Source of the DNA: Octopus sinensis
Lineage: Eukaryota
DNA length: 64,000 nt
Direction: 5' to 3'
Assembly (NCBI RefSeq): GCF_006345805.1
Contig: NC_042999.1
Location: 74,524,001-74,588,000, forward strand
Within the stretch, counting starts at the first letter, position 1; each line of letters starts with the position of its first letter. Positions 38,245 to 53,234 of this stretch are shown piece by piece. The notes under the pieces are model-generated. The model saw only the letters and a program-made list of their open reading frames with translations. It was not told where the DNA came from and made no database searches. The position numbers and the translations under genes are program-made.

Positions 38245-40112
38245 ATGACCAGTGACAGAGACCTTTGGAGATATGCTGTGCTTGAGAAGACCTGACAAGT
38301 CAAGTGAGACCATAGCCCATGGCTATGCTAGCGGGTGTAACCAGCCCACTTATGAATAACCCTCATTCATTGGACAATAAACCTTGCTTGTGAAGACTTA
38401 TTGAGGCACATGAAATCAAAACCAAAACGCTGACGTGGCCAATGACAGTACCGCCTGATTGGCACTCATTCAAGTGGAATCCAAACGTGGAGTGTAACCA
38501 GTCCACTTATGAGTATCCCTCATTCAATGGACAATGAACTTTGCTTGCGAAGACCTATTGAGGCAAGTGTTAACAAACCAAAATCGCTGACATGGCTGAT
38601 GACAGCACCACCTGATTGGCACATGTGCCATTGGAACGTTAAAAGCACATCCAAACGTGGGGTGTAACTGGCCCACTTGTGTGTACCCCTTATTCATTAG
38701 ACAATAAATTTTGCTTGCAAAGACCTACTGTGGCAAGTGAAATCAAAATCAAAATTGCAGACGTAGCCAATGACAGTATTGCCTGATTGGCACTTGTGCC
38801 AGTGGAATGTTAAAAGTACATCCAAGCATGATCATTGCCAGGGCCACAGACTGGCTCACATGCCAGTGATACTTGAAAAGCACCATTTGAGCGTGATCAT
38901 TACCAGCGTTGCTTTACCAGCACATGTGCCAGTGTCAAATGAAAAACAACATTCGAGCGTGGTCAATGCCAGTGCTGCCAGATTGGCTCCTGGTCCAGTG
39001 GCATGTAAAATGTACCATTCAAGTGTGGTTGATGCCAGTACCGCCTGACTGGCCCTCATGCCTGTGGCACATAAAAGCACCCACTACACTCTCGGAGTGG
39101 TTGGCGTAAGGAAGAACATCCAGCTGTAGAATCTTTGCCAGATCAGATGCATGGTGCAGCCCCTGGTTCACCAGTCCTTAGTCAAACCATCCAACCCATG
39201 CCAGCATTGAAAGCAGACGTAAAACGATGATGATGATGATTTTCTTGCTTTTCTCTCTGGCTAGGTACCCAAGTATCTCCTTTACACCAGCACACCTGTT
39301 TCTGCCCTCATTCTTCATCACTCTGTCTCTCTCTCATTCCCTTGCTTTTCCCTCTGGCTGGGTAACCAAATATCTCCTTTATATCAACATCAAATAATAT
39401 CAAAATCAAATCAAATGGAAATTGTAGTTGTGAGCCCTGTGCCGGTAGCATGTAAAAAGCACCATCCAAATGTGGCTGATGCCAGCACTGCTTAGACTGG
39501 CTTCCATGCTGGTGGCATGTAAAAAGCACCATCTGAATATAGCCAATGCTGAGTGAAGTACATCAACATCAGCAATATCAAAATAAAATCAACTGGAAAT
39601 TGTACTTGTGAGCCCCATGCTAGTAGCATGTAAAAAGCACCATCCAAATGTGGCCAATGCTAGCGCTGCTTAAACTGGCTTCTGTGCTGGTGGCATGTAA
39701 AAAACACCATCCGAATGTAGCTGATACTGAGTGAAGTACATCAACCTCAGCAATATCAAAATAAAATCAACTGGAAATTGTAGTTGTAAGCCCCGTGCCG
39801 GTAGCACATAAAAAGCACCATCCAAATGTGGCTGATGCCAGTGCCACTTTGACTGGCTTCCATGCCAGTGGCACATAAAAAGCACCATCTGATTATGGTC
39901 GATCCCAGCTCCTCTGGCCTCCATGCCAGTGGCACGTAAAAAAAGCTCCCACTACACTCTTGGAGTGGTTAGCGTTAGGAAGGGCATCCAGCTATAGAAA
40001 CACTGCCAGATCAGATTGGGGCCTGGTGCAGCCTTCTGGCTTCCCAGACCCCATTCAAACCATCCAACCCATGCCAGCATGGAAAACGGACGTTAAACGA
40101 TGATGATGATGA
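38245..40112 (+). mobile_element. Two tandem RTE tail elements (38245-39240 and 39395-40112)
   Basis: Family motifs, each ending in aaacgatgatgatg. Confidence 0.8.
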
Positions 40113-40855
40113 TCCTGTACCTCGCTCTCTCTTCCCTCTCTTTTCCTCTCCCCTCTGTTTGTTTTCTCTCTCTGACCTCTCTTTCTCTCCTTGGTTAGGC
40201 AACCACGTATTTCTTTTTTCTACTTCTCTGTCTCACTATAACCTTTCACCATCTGATAAAAAGTCCCCTCCTTCAATGCCACTTCTTCTCTCAAAATTCC
40301 TTGTCTTCCAAGTAACTTGGTGACACTGCCTGTACTGGGGCCACATAAAAAGCAGCCAGTTGACATAATAAGTTGGTTAGCATTTGGAAGGGCATCCAGC
40401 TGTAAAAAACCATGCCAAAATGGACCTTGTCTGTGCTGGTGCTATGTAAAAAATACTGAAAAGTGGTTGACAATTTTAACCAGCTGTAAAAACTATACCA
40501 AAATCATGCCTGTACTTGTGACACTTACAAAAAGCACACAGTTTATTCTCTGGTGTGGTTGGCATTAGGGAAGGCATCCAGCCATAAAAACACTGCCAAA
40601 ACAGACACAGTAGCTTGGGGTACTTCTCTATCTGGATGGTTCCTGTCAACTACCCTGCCAATGCATGCATGGAAAATGGACTTTAAAATGATGATGAGGA
40701 TTACTTAGTGGGACCCATGTAAATTCCAGAAAATTAAGAGGATTTGTTTAAGAAATATATAGTATATTTTTTCATTGTTCATCTGTGATCTGCTTCTCAA
40801 GCAGTGTGCAACCTTGTTTCATGTGAATTCAGAGTTTAGGCTAAATTAACCCTTA

Positions 40856-41665
40856 TATCATCATCATCATCATCGTTTAACGTCCACTTTCAATGTTAGC
40901 ATGGGTTGGATTGTTTTGACTGAGGACTGGTGAGCCAGAGGTTGCAACCAGCTCAATCTGATTTGGCAGTTTCTACAGCTGGATGCTCTTCCTAAATGCC
41001 AACCACTCCGAGAGTGTAGTGGGTGCTTTTATGTGCTACCGGCACGAAGGACAATCAGGTGGTACTGGCATCAACCACGCTTGAATGGTACTTTTTACGT
41101 GCCACTGGACCAGGAGCCAATCTGGCAGCACTGGCTATGACCACACTCAAATGTTGATTTTCATGTGCCACTGGCACATGTGCTGGTAAGGCGACACTGG
41201 TAATGATCACGCTCGAATGGTGCTTTTCAGGTATCACCGGCATGAGAGCCAGTCTGTGGCCCTGGCAATGATCATCCTCGGATGTACTTTTAACGTTCCA
41301 CTGGCACAAGTACCAATCAGGCAGTACTGTCATTGGCTATGTCAGCAATTTTGATTTTGATTTCACTTTCCACTGTAGGTCCTTGCAAGCAAAATTTATT
41401 GTCCAATGAATGAGGGGTATTCATAAGTGGGCCGGTTACATCCCATGTACGGATGTGCTTTTAATGTTCCACTGGCATGAGTGCCAATCAGGTGGTACTG
41501 TCATTGGCCATGTCAGTGATTTTGATTTCTCTTGTCTTAATAGGTCTTTGCAAGCAAAGTTTATTGTCCAGTAAATGAGGGATATCCATAAGTGGGCTGG
41601 TTACACCCACTAGCATAGGCCATGCGCTATGGTTTTCCTGGGTCTACCTCTTCCACAGGTTCCCT
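40856..41665 (-). mobile_element. RTE tail element, inverted relative to 38245-39240
   Basis: (CAT)n gtttaacgtccactttc start; reverse complement of the family. Confidence 0.8.
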
Positions 41666-42344
41666 CAACTGCTAGTATCAATTTTTGAAGCTAACAGACA
41701 ATATATAATTTAAATAATTGCCCTAATCACATGCTTTAAGTGAGGGTCACTATAAAAATAATTAGTTTAATGAAAATAGAATATTTTTCAATATAAATAC
41801 ACCACCAGCACTACCACATCTCTCTCTCTCCATCTCAATGTAACTGCCTCTCCTTTCCATCTCTCCCTATCTACCTTTCCCTTCTGCTAACCTTTTAACT
41901 ACATAATAAGTATTCCTTCCCCACACATCACTACACACCATTAACACTTCTCCTTCGCTCTTCCTTTCTCGTCTTTTTCTCTTATTCTTTGCCCCTCCCT
42001 TCAGCTGACTGCATGACCTAGGTGTATTAAATATTAATCATCTTTCTCTACTTCTCCTTCTCTTCTTTCTTCACTCTTCCCTCTCTCTCACTCACTCCAT
42101 CTCTCTAACTAACTAATGTATATCAGGTGAACAAACAAGTAGATTATTATTTAGATTTTTTTTTGTGATTGGGCTTCAAGGAGGGTGATTTTAAGGGAGG
42201 ATACCACTCAGTTATAATTGATGCACTTGCTTCATCATCATTGTCATCCATTTTGATTCCATGATCGTTAAGAAAAAGAATGGAAAATGAAATAATATAA
42301 TCACTTCAAATTTTTAATTGCAAGAATTTGGAGTATGAAAACTA

Positions 42345-42790
42345 TAAAGGTTGTGTCAGATGATGAAAGGTTAGAGTGTGACAGAGAGAGAGAAACAAGT
42401 TTCTTGCTGTAGAAGAGGTACAAGAATTTTTGAGAGGAGAGAAGGCACTGGATGAGGTGATCTTGTGTCAGATGACGAAAGGTTTGAGTGTGACAGAGAG
42501 AGAGAAACAAGTGTCTTGGTGTAGAGGAGGCACAAGAACTTTTGAGAGGAGAGAAGGCATTGGATAAGGTGATCTTCAGTCAGAAGGCGAAAGGTTAGAG
42601 TGTGATGCAGAGAAAGAAACAAGTGTAGAGGAGGTACAAGAATTTTTGAGAGGAGAGAAAGCATTGGATGAGGTGATCTTGTGTCGGATGACGAAAGGTT
42701 AGAGTGTGACAGAGAGACAGTGAGACAGAAGCAGGTGTCTTGCTGTAGAAGAGATACATGGTTACCCAGCCAGAGAGAGAGATAAGAAGC
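42345..42790 (+). repeat. ~112-bp purine-rich tandem repeat, about 3.5 units
   Basis: gaaaggtt recurs near 42365, 42477, 42590 and 42693. Confidence 0.8.
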
Positions 42791-42833
42791 AATCAAGATA
42801 AAGGCCAGTAATGAATGTGTTGTTATAAATATA

Positions 42834-43404
42834 CACAGACATGCAGGAAGTAAATAGACACCTTTAATTTTCAAAATCTTTTCATGTTAATTGGTTGAAG
42901 GAGAGGTTTTCTTCTAGCTGCTCGTCCATAATACCCAAGCTTATGCAGATATGTAATACACGTTGGACTACCTTCTAGCTGTTTTGCAATGTCAGAAACC
43001 TTTGAACGGGGTTCATTTTCCACAATTCTCTTCAAATAGCAAAGCCTCCTTTCCAAAGGCCCAGGTCAGTCAGGATGAGAATCTGTTGATTCTTTTCCTT
43101 GGCTTTTGAATTGCATTATAATTCTATTAACAGTAGCAAGAGGAATTTGAAGACTTTTGGCAAATTTCTGCTGGCTAAGAACAGACTAAGATTCCCCATC
43201 AATATGACCGCTTTGAAAATCCGACAATTCCGCTGAATTTTTTGTGTGTGGCATGGTTACTCTTTGTAAACATTTAATATAATGGCACCTGGAGTAAACA
43301 AGAATAATGACATTGTAAATTCTACGCTGCTGAAAACATATTAAGATGCTTAGATCAGGAAGTTTGAAAATTAAAGGTGTCTATTTACTTTCTGCATGTC
43401 TGTG
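42834..43404 (-). mobile_element. Internally deleted Tc1-like element
   Basis: TA|cacagacatgcaggaagt...tgcatgtctgtg|TA; relic GYYGRAARRKPLL; same family as 59538-60807. Confidence 0.85.
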
Positions 43405-43461
43405 TATATATTACAATACTTTACAATTTGAAATGATTTTTTTTTGTCTGTATTCTTTCAG

Positions 43462-43632
43462 AGTATTACAAAAGGATTGACGATGTTTGGAGAAGCAATG
43501 GTCAGCAGCGTTACAGGGAAATCTCCGACTTCTCACACGACAAAAAAAGCCGACCCGTCATTCGTTATCGACAACGGATTACGTCCAGGCATTGTTTCTG
43601 TTATTGACACTCAAACGATCCGAGGGGAACAT
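43462..43632 (+). CDS. BCAS3: BCAS3 exon (phase 0 to 0): SITKGLTMFGEAMVSSVTGK...RPGIVSVIDTQTIRGEH
   Basis: Acceptor tattctttcag, donor gtaagt; 57 codons; resembles human TLKSGLTMVGK...VPGIITVIDT. Confidence 0.92.
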
Positions 43633-43733
43633 GTAAGTTTCGAAAACCTTTCTAGAATATCTACAAGGCTGGAAATTTTCCATCGACCCTCCCCCACCCA
43701 GTGTTTCCCTACCTTGTGCCTTTATTAGAAAGG

Positions 43734-43783
<50 letters not shown>

Positions 43784-44104
43784 CATTATTATTATTGCTT
43801 TTGCACAGCTTCAAATGCTGGAGATGTACTAACCTGTCATATCTCTCAACTTTTCTGATATTATTATTGTGATTATTATTATTATTATTATTGAGTGAGG
43901 GAGCAGTGCATGGCATCAAAGTAACTCTGGGGTACGAATATATGAAGCCCAATGTACTCATCATGATTACCCATCTGATAAGGGTACACAAGGCACATGC
44001 ATCACATCCATATGTGCATGTCGTGGTGATCTCACAACAAGATAAACAGCACTTGACCTTGCAGGTGGGGTCCCATCTTGCTCAAAAGGTCCCTGAATAA
44101 GGGT

Positions 44105-44990
44105 TCATCATCATCATTGTCGTTTAACGTCTGTTTTCCTTGCTGGCATGGGTTAGACAGTTCAACTGGGGTCTGGGAACCAGGACCCAATCTGATCTGG
44201 CAGTGTTTCTACAGCTGGATGCCCTTCCTAATGCCAACCACTCCAAGAGTGTAGTGGGTGCTTTTTATGTGCCACTGGCACAGGGGCTAGAGGAGCTGGT
44301 ATTGACCACGATTGGATGGTGCTTCATACATGCCATCGGCACAGAAGCCAATCAAAATAACACTGGCATTGACCACATTCAGATGGTGCTTTTTATGTGC
44401 TACCGGCACGGGGCTCACAACTACAATTTCCGTTTGATTTGATTTTGATATTGCTGATGTTGATGTTGATGTACTTGTCTCAGTAGGTCTCCTCAAGCAC
44501 TGCATGTCACCCTACGATCCAAGGTACTTTTGAGTGGGCTGGTTATGCGACACTGGTGTAGGATACAGCTGTGGACTCACTTTATTTACTGGGTCTTCTC
44601 AGTCACAACATACCTCCAGCGGTCTCAGTCTTTTGTCATTGCCTCTGTGAGGCCCAACATGTGAAGGTCATGCTTCACCACCTCATCTCATGTCTTCCTG
44701 GGTCTCCCTCTACCCAGGATTCCTTCAACTGTTTGGGAGTGGCACTTCTTCACACAGCTCTCCTTGTCCAACCATAGTACATGACCATACCAGTGCAAAC
44801 GTCTCTCTTGGATGCCACATCCAATGCTTCTCAGGGCGCTTACAGTATACATTTAAATTTGACATGGGTGATGCTTTCTTGTTTTGGGATTCACAGTCAA
44901 ACGGCTGAGTGGAATTGCTTCACCACCATATCCCATGTTTTCCTAGGTCTCCCTCTACCCCAGATTCCTTCCACTGTTTGGTAGTTTTAG
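44105..44990 (-). mobile_element. RTE tail and C-terminal fragments
   Basis: Family tail followed by GIL(S)RGRPRKT-type relic. Confidence 0.7.
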
Positions 44991-45689
44991 GATAATGGAT
45001 AAAACACCCATGTTTCCATAGGTGAATTATTCAAACCCCAAAGAATTCCTCGCAGCACATGGCTTTGATGCTCCTCCACTACTTCTGCTCATGGTCAGAG
45101 ATGCACATATCATCAGACACTAAGGGACATGCTCAGCTGGATATGATCAAACAACTGACAAGCAAATCTGTGGTATTGAGCAGAATATTTGCTGTAGCCC
45201 GTCTTTTATTATTATTACTAGTACATGACCCGTCAATAAGGAAAAAACAATGCTATGTTTATTTGATCCCAGGATTTATTATTAGTAAGCCTAGTACTTA
45301 TTCTATCAGTCTCTTTTCCTGAACCGCTAAGTTATGGGGATGTAAACACACCAGCATTGATTGTCAAGTGATGTTGGGGGGACAAACAGACACACACACA
45401 CACACACGTATATATATATATATATATATATATACATACATACATATACATACGATGGGCTTTTTTCAGTTTCCATCTACCAAATCCACTCACAAGGCTT
45501 TTGTTGGCCCAAAGCTATAGTAGAAGACACTTGCCCATGGAGGCACGCAGTGGGTCTGAACCCGGAACCATATGGTTGGTAAGCAAGCTATTTACCACAC
45601 AGCCACTCCTGCACCTATGGTAGAGATAAATAAATCCCTTTTAGGCAAGTGTTTCGGCTCATAACTCCTGACACTCTGGGGGCAGGGGC

Positions 45690-45960
45690 GGGCCACATCT
45701 GAGTCATTACTCCTGGATGTCTACCTGCTGTCCGTTTTAGTTCGCTTTATGTGGGATTGGTTTGTAGCATTGCTGTGACATGTGCTGCGGCCCTGAGAAG
45801 GGCTAAGTACCTGTTTCTAGTTGGGTACACTGACGAGTGCTCAGATGACCCTGGTGTGAGGGTTCTTTTTACTCAAGGTCCCAGCGGGATTCGAACCCAG
45901 ATCGCTGGCTCCAAAGGTGCAGGCCTACGCGACTACACCGATCTGGCACTCACTTGAACT
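45690..45960 (-). mobile_element. tRNA-derived SINE of a family seen once in this window
   Basis: Minus strand gccagatcggtgtagtcgc...ctttggagc...ggttcgaatcccg (B box) plus a non-tRNA body. Confidence 0.6.
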
Positions 45961-46049
45961 GAAGCAAATGAAGCCTTATGAAGTTGGCCTTTGTTCCTCC
46001 TAGACCAGATCTAAATTGAGGCCTTCTCTGCTGCTTCTCCCATAGCTCT

Positions 46050-46800
46050 TAAGGTTCCAGGCCTGCTTCTTCCAGAATAGACAACACAGCAGAAAGTGAT
46101 AAGTGCAGAATCTGTGGACAAACTGGTGAAACCATATGGCATATTACCAGCCAATGCACGCCACTAACCCAGAAGGAATATAAGAGACACCACGACAATA
46201 TAGCCAGGCTTGTCCATTGGACACTTTGCAACAAATATGGACTTGATCGAGCAAAAAATTGGTACAACCACAAACCTGAAGGCATCATTGAAAATAAAAA
46301 TGCAAAGATCCTATGGGATTTTATGATTCAGTGTGACTATAAGATAGAGAATAGGAAGCCGGACATAGTCTTAATTGAGAAAGAAAGCAAACTATGCTGG
46401 ATCATAGATATAGCATGCCCAGCTAACAATGAGGTATGCAATAAGGAAGAAGAAAAGTTGAGAGATATGACAGGTTAGATTGGGGAGTTAAGCAGTTGTA
46501 GTCGATGAAAAAGGTAGCAGTAGTATCAATAACTGTCGGAGCCCTAGGAACAGTGAGCAAAAATCTCGAGAAGTACGTGGAACAAATAGAGGCTGCAATA
46601 AGGGTGGAGCACTTGCAGAAAACAACTCTGCTTGGAACTGCTTGAATACTGTGGAAGGTGCTCGAAAAATAAGGGATGTTACCTTAGTTCACTGGTAGTG
46701 AACAGCTGACACTGAAGTACATCTCTAGCATTAGAAGCTGTGCAAAAGAAATATTAATAATAATGATGATGATAATAATTTTAATAATAATAATAATAAT
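46050..46800 (+). mobile_element. R4/Dong-like LINE 3' end (CCHC finger, restriction-like endonuclease, (TAA)n tail)
   Basis: CRICGQTGETIWHITSQC, EYKRHHD, KILWDFMIQCD, NRKPDIV, IDIACP, VGALG. Confidence 0.85.
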
Positions 46801-46854
46801 AATAATCCTCTCTACTAAAGGCACAAAGCCTGAAATTTTTTAGAAGACTAGTCA

Positions 46855-47185
46855 TTTACATCGACCCCAATTTTTCACTGGTACTTAATTTATCAACCTT
46901 GGCAGAACTTGAACTCAGAATGTAAGGACAGGCAACCCAGTGTTTCAAACTGAACCCAGTATTTCACTGATGTTTAATTTATTGACTCTGGAATTGCTGG
47001 AATTTGAACTCAGAACATAAGGACAAGCAGCCCCAGTATGTAACTGGTACTTAATTTATCGACCCTGAAAGGATGAAAGGCAAAGTTGACCTCAGCAGAA
47101 TTTGAACTCAGAACGTAAAGGCAAACGAAATACCGCTAAGCATTTCGCCCGGCGTGCTAATGTTTCTGCCAGCTCGCTGCCTTCC
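46855..47185 (-). mobile_element. tRNA-headed SINE with conserved central core, plus truncated tandem copies
   Basis: gttcaaattctgctgaggtcaactttgcctttcatcctttcagggtcgataaattaagtacc; related copy at 27330-27540. Confidence 0.7.
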
Positions 47186-47396
47186 AGTAGACACAATATC
47201 TTTAATCAACGACCTCACAATATTGTATACTGTGCGATGTCTATAATAATAAGGATAACGATAATAATAATAATAATAATAATGGTTTCTAGTTTGTGAC
47301 ACAAGGCCAGCAATCTCAATGGCTTTGTGCATGAAAATCAAGTAATTGTTTTTGTTTTAAGATCTTAAAAGTTTTCCTTTCTATTCTATGTTTTAG

Positions 47397-48916
<1,520 letters not shown>

Positions 48917-49489
48917 CGTATACTCATTTCAGTTCCTGGTGGTGTGTTGTGTCCTTGAAGACACTATCCCTTGTTGCTCCAGTCCACTCAGCTGGCAACA
49001 ATAAGTGCATTCTATGTCATACTGAAAATCCCTGAGAATTACATTAAGGCTATACATGTCTGTATATCAGTGTATTGTTGCACAAGGTAACTATTTCAAA
49101 GGAGATGATGTTAAAACTTAGGTAAATAAGTTATTTTTTATTAAACGTAACTAGTCTGGGAACTTTGGGATATGACCTTGAGAACTTTTTGATATACATG
49201 CACAAAGTTGCATTTCAATTGAGAAGGTTTGCAGTTTAGTTACTAGGGTTCTCAACCCATGATCGTCTGCTTATTTTGATTCCTGGTGGCATGTTGTATC
49301 CTTAAACAAGACATTTTATCTTTTGTTGGTCCAGCCCACTCAGCTGGCAACCATGAATGCACTCTGCATTATGCGGATTGGGTATTGGTGCGCAAAGGGA
49401 CTACTTCAAAGGAGTTGATGTTAAAACTTAGGTAAATAAGTTAATTTTTATTAAACATAACTGGTCCTGGAGCTTTTTGATACCAAATC

Positions 49490-49525
<36 letters not shown>

Positions 49526-50049
49526 CCAAGAGAGTTAGAGGTTGTGAATCCAACCAACTAAGGGATAATATCTATCCAATATACTGCTGGTAGAATACCC
49601 AGTTATTAATACACATGCACTTACACTACTGAATGTAATAAATGGGTGATGGTAAAAAGTTGTTTTACCCTTAATTTATACGGCATTAAGGAAATAGAGG
49701 GTATCAAGAGGTGGTTTTCATCAACTTTTAGACATTATATTATGTCTATTTATTTATCAAAAAAAAATTATAACGATATACATACATGTATATTATGCTT
49801 TACATACATAAAAATACCAGTAATTATTAAAATATATAACGTAGAACATAGAAAGTAGAATAGTTTCTTACTGCTGTTTCAGCTAAGAGGTCATAGTAGC
49901 CCACTTTACTTCCACCCTTCAGTGAACTGAAGTATTTGGTAGAAAAGATTAAGGTAATTGTTTGTGCCTCTGGGCTCCGTCAGAGAGTTTAGAAAGTTCA
50001 TAAGGTTAAGTTATAAATATAAATATGTACACACTTTTACATATACTTA

Positions 50050-50356
50050 CATCATCATCATCATCATCATTTAGCATCCGCTTTCCATGCTAGCATGGGT
50101 TGGACGGTTCAACTGGGGTCTGGGAGGCCAGAAGGCTGCACCAGGCCCAGTCTGATCTGGCAATGTTTCTACGGCTGGATGCCCTTCCTAACGCCAACCA
50201 CTCTGTGAGTGTAGTGGGTGCTTTTTATGTGCCACCGGCACTGGTGCCAGATGGGGCTGGCAAACAGCCACGGTCGGAGGGTGCTTTTTACATGCCACCG
50301 GCACAGGAGCCAGGCGTGGCTGGCAATGGCCACAATCGGATGGTGCTTTTTACATA
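50050..50356 (-). mobile_element. RTE tail element
   Basis: (CAT)n plus family motif, little diverged. Confidence 0.8.
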
Positions 50357-50371
50357 AATACATATCTATAC

Positions 50372-50427
<56 letters not shown>

Positions 50428-50854
50428 ATGCATACAAAGGCATCAATTATTATTATTATTAGGTGTATTATATTATTCTTATTAGATAAAGTACAAACAG
50501 AGGAAGGAGAAAATTATCAAAAAAGAAATAATAGTGGAATTTAAATAACCAATCTCTCTTAAGATTATTGTAGTTTTGTAGGAATACATACATACATAAG
50601 AATTTCTTTTGCATAATGAGGTAAAAAAAACCAAGGGTGTGTAGATATTAGAACATGTTCTAATAACTACACACCCTTGGTTTTTTATCTCATACCGCAA
50701 AAAAAATTCTTATATACACATGCTGACATAAAACCAACGTTGAGCCCCTTACTTGCAAAATTACTGAACCTAGAACTTAACTATGGTCTGTCTATAGCAC
50801 TTATTCAGCATTACCTGACACCTTTGGGTCAATGACACCATTACCTCTTATATA

Positions 50855-50901
<47 letters not shown>

Positions 50902-51280
50902 CGTTCAAACATACCCATAAATATATACATATTTCACGTGTTGAGAAGGGAGGATTACTGTAGTAGTTCGTAATTTTCGTTTTATATAATTATAATAATT
51001 ATACACAAACATATATATATATATATATACATATAAACATGCGATGTGTTTTCTATTGAGGGCTTGAGATAAAAATAAATAGACATAATGTGATGTCTAA
51101 AATTTGATGAATACCACCTCTTGATCCCCACTATTTTCTTATTGCTCTCTCTCTCTCTCTCTCACACATATATATATATATACTCCACCTTGTTTTACAT
51201 TTATGTGCTTACTCCAGTATATATATATATAAGCCTATCATTTTCATAATTAATATCTTCATTCAATTTTATACTTCTAG

Positions 51281-51406
<126 letters not shown>

Positions 51407-51488
51407 TAACTGCTTTTGTCTGAACTTTGATTGGGGCCTATCTAGCAGACCTAAGATTAAAAATATTCATTCTGTGGCTGCATTTATA

Positions 51489-52046
51489 GGCATTCCTTCA
51501 ATATTACTCGAAAAAATTTGACATTCGACTTTGGGTATTTTCGTGACAGTTGCTGAAATGTGAGGTGGAGAAGAAAGCTAATGAGTTGTGTGTACGTGCT
51601 TGTTTTTGTCTGTGTCTGTATGTGTGCGTGCTTGTTCTTGTGTGTGTGTGTGTGTGTGCTCACGCGCGCGTGTGTGTGCATGCTTGTTCTTGTCTGTGTG
51701 TGTGTGTGTGTGTGCTTGTTCTTGTCTGTGTGTGTGCCTGTTCTGTTTTTCTGTATTTATGTGTTGTGGAATATAGATATAATAAAATTACACCAGTAAT
51801 GCCTCATTTTAAACTTGAATAAAAAAAGCCTTGCATAAATACATAAAAACAGAACAGGCACACGCAGACACATACAAGAACAAGCATGCACACACACAGA
51901 CACAGACAAGAACAAGCACGCACACACAATAACAAGCATGCAAACACAACCCATTAGCTTTCTTCTCCGCCTCCCATTTCAGCAACTGTCATGGAAATAC
52001 CCAAAGTCAAATGTCAAACTTCCTCGAGTTATAACAAAGGAATGCC
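51489..52046. mobile_element. Foldback MITE with long terminal inverted arms and 8-bp target-site duplication
   Basis: catttata|ggcattcc...ggaatgcc|catttata; arms pair over most of their length; ~70-bp spacer. Confidence 0.75.
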
Positions 52047-53234
52047 CATTTATATTTTACGCAGTATCTGTAACTGCGAACTACCTTAGGTTTCTCTTCA
52101 TTATCATTATTGTCGCTTGACACCTGCTTTCCATGCAGGTATGTGTTGGACATCTTGAGAGGAGACAGCCAGGTAGGAGACAGTAGTATGCTTCACTGTC
52201 TATTTTGGCAGGATTTTTACTGTTGGATGCCCTTCCTAATGTCAAACCCTCCCAAGAACAGACAGAGGGCTTTTTACGTGGTACAAGCGCAGGCATAGAC
52301 AGTTTGGGCAGGGTTTTTACAGCTGGATGCCCTTCCAAAGGCTACCAACTTTACAATGTGGACCGGATGCTTTTTACGTGGCAATGCTACTGGCAAAGTC
52401 ACCAAGTAAGTTTCCAAGACAGGGAATCTTGGAGAGGGGAGGGGGCATTGGTGGAGGAGATCTTTTATCTGATAGTGAAAGGTGAGTATGTGACAGAGAG
52501 ACAGAAACAAGTGTCTTGCTGTAGAAGAGGTACTTGATTACCCAACCAGAGGGGAGAACAGGGTAAAGAGAGAGAGAGAGAGTGGGAGATGGCAAAAATG
52601 CAAGAGAGGGCAGGAGAGAAATGTTGGTGAAGTGCCAGTGTATACTTAAAGGTAATGAGGATCAAAGCATAGATGGTATTTTAGAATAAGGAAGAGACAG
52701 ATAAATGGTGGCATTTCCAGGGCATACCCTCAAGGTATGGAGGTCATAATATACATGGTAGTTAGATTAACAATATTCCATCTGTGGTCTCTTGCTTGTA
52801 GTTGTGCAGTAACTTAGGTATCCCCTCCTCCTCATTATTAGTTGAGGACAAATATCCGTCAAATGTAAATAATGTACATAATTCCTCATTTCTTAAATCT
52901 AGAACTGAATAATAACAATAATAACATCAAAAAGTACCCTAGGAATAAGAACCAGGTTTGAAATTTCCCCCAAGACACCTAATGAAGGCTGGAAGGTATA
53001 TCAGTCGAAACATTGTGTTCCTTCATTTCAGCCATTAGAGGAAAAGCACTGCAAAACAAAGATGCACCATGTGACAGTATGACTGCAAGCAACTCTGCCA
53101 GTCAGCAGACTGATGCCCGAGGGTTGCATCAAGTGGCTTCTAGCCACAGTGATGTCATTCAGCACACTGCTTCAAGAAAGTCACAGCTAACTCTCACTGA
53201 GCACTCAACTTTGTGCCACCATCTGTTGGCGTCA

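Noticed and set aside
48925-49480. Old ~350-bp tandem duplication containing atgatg, possible C/D snoRNA or micro-exon
   Set aside because: No proper C and D boxes, and the flanking exons already join without a gap.
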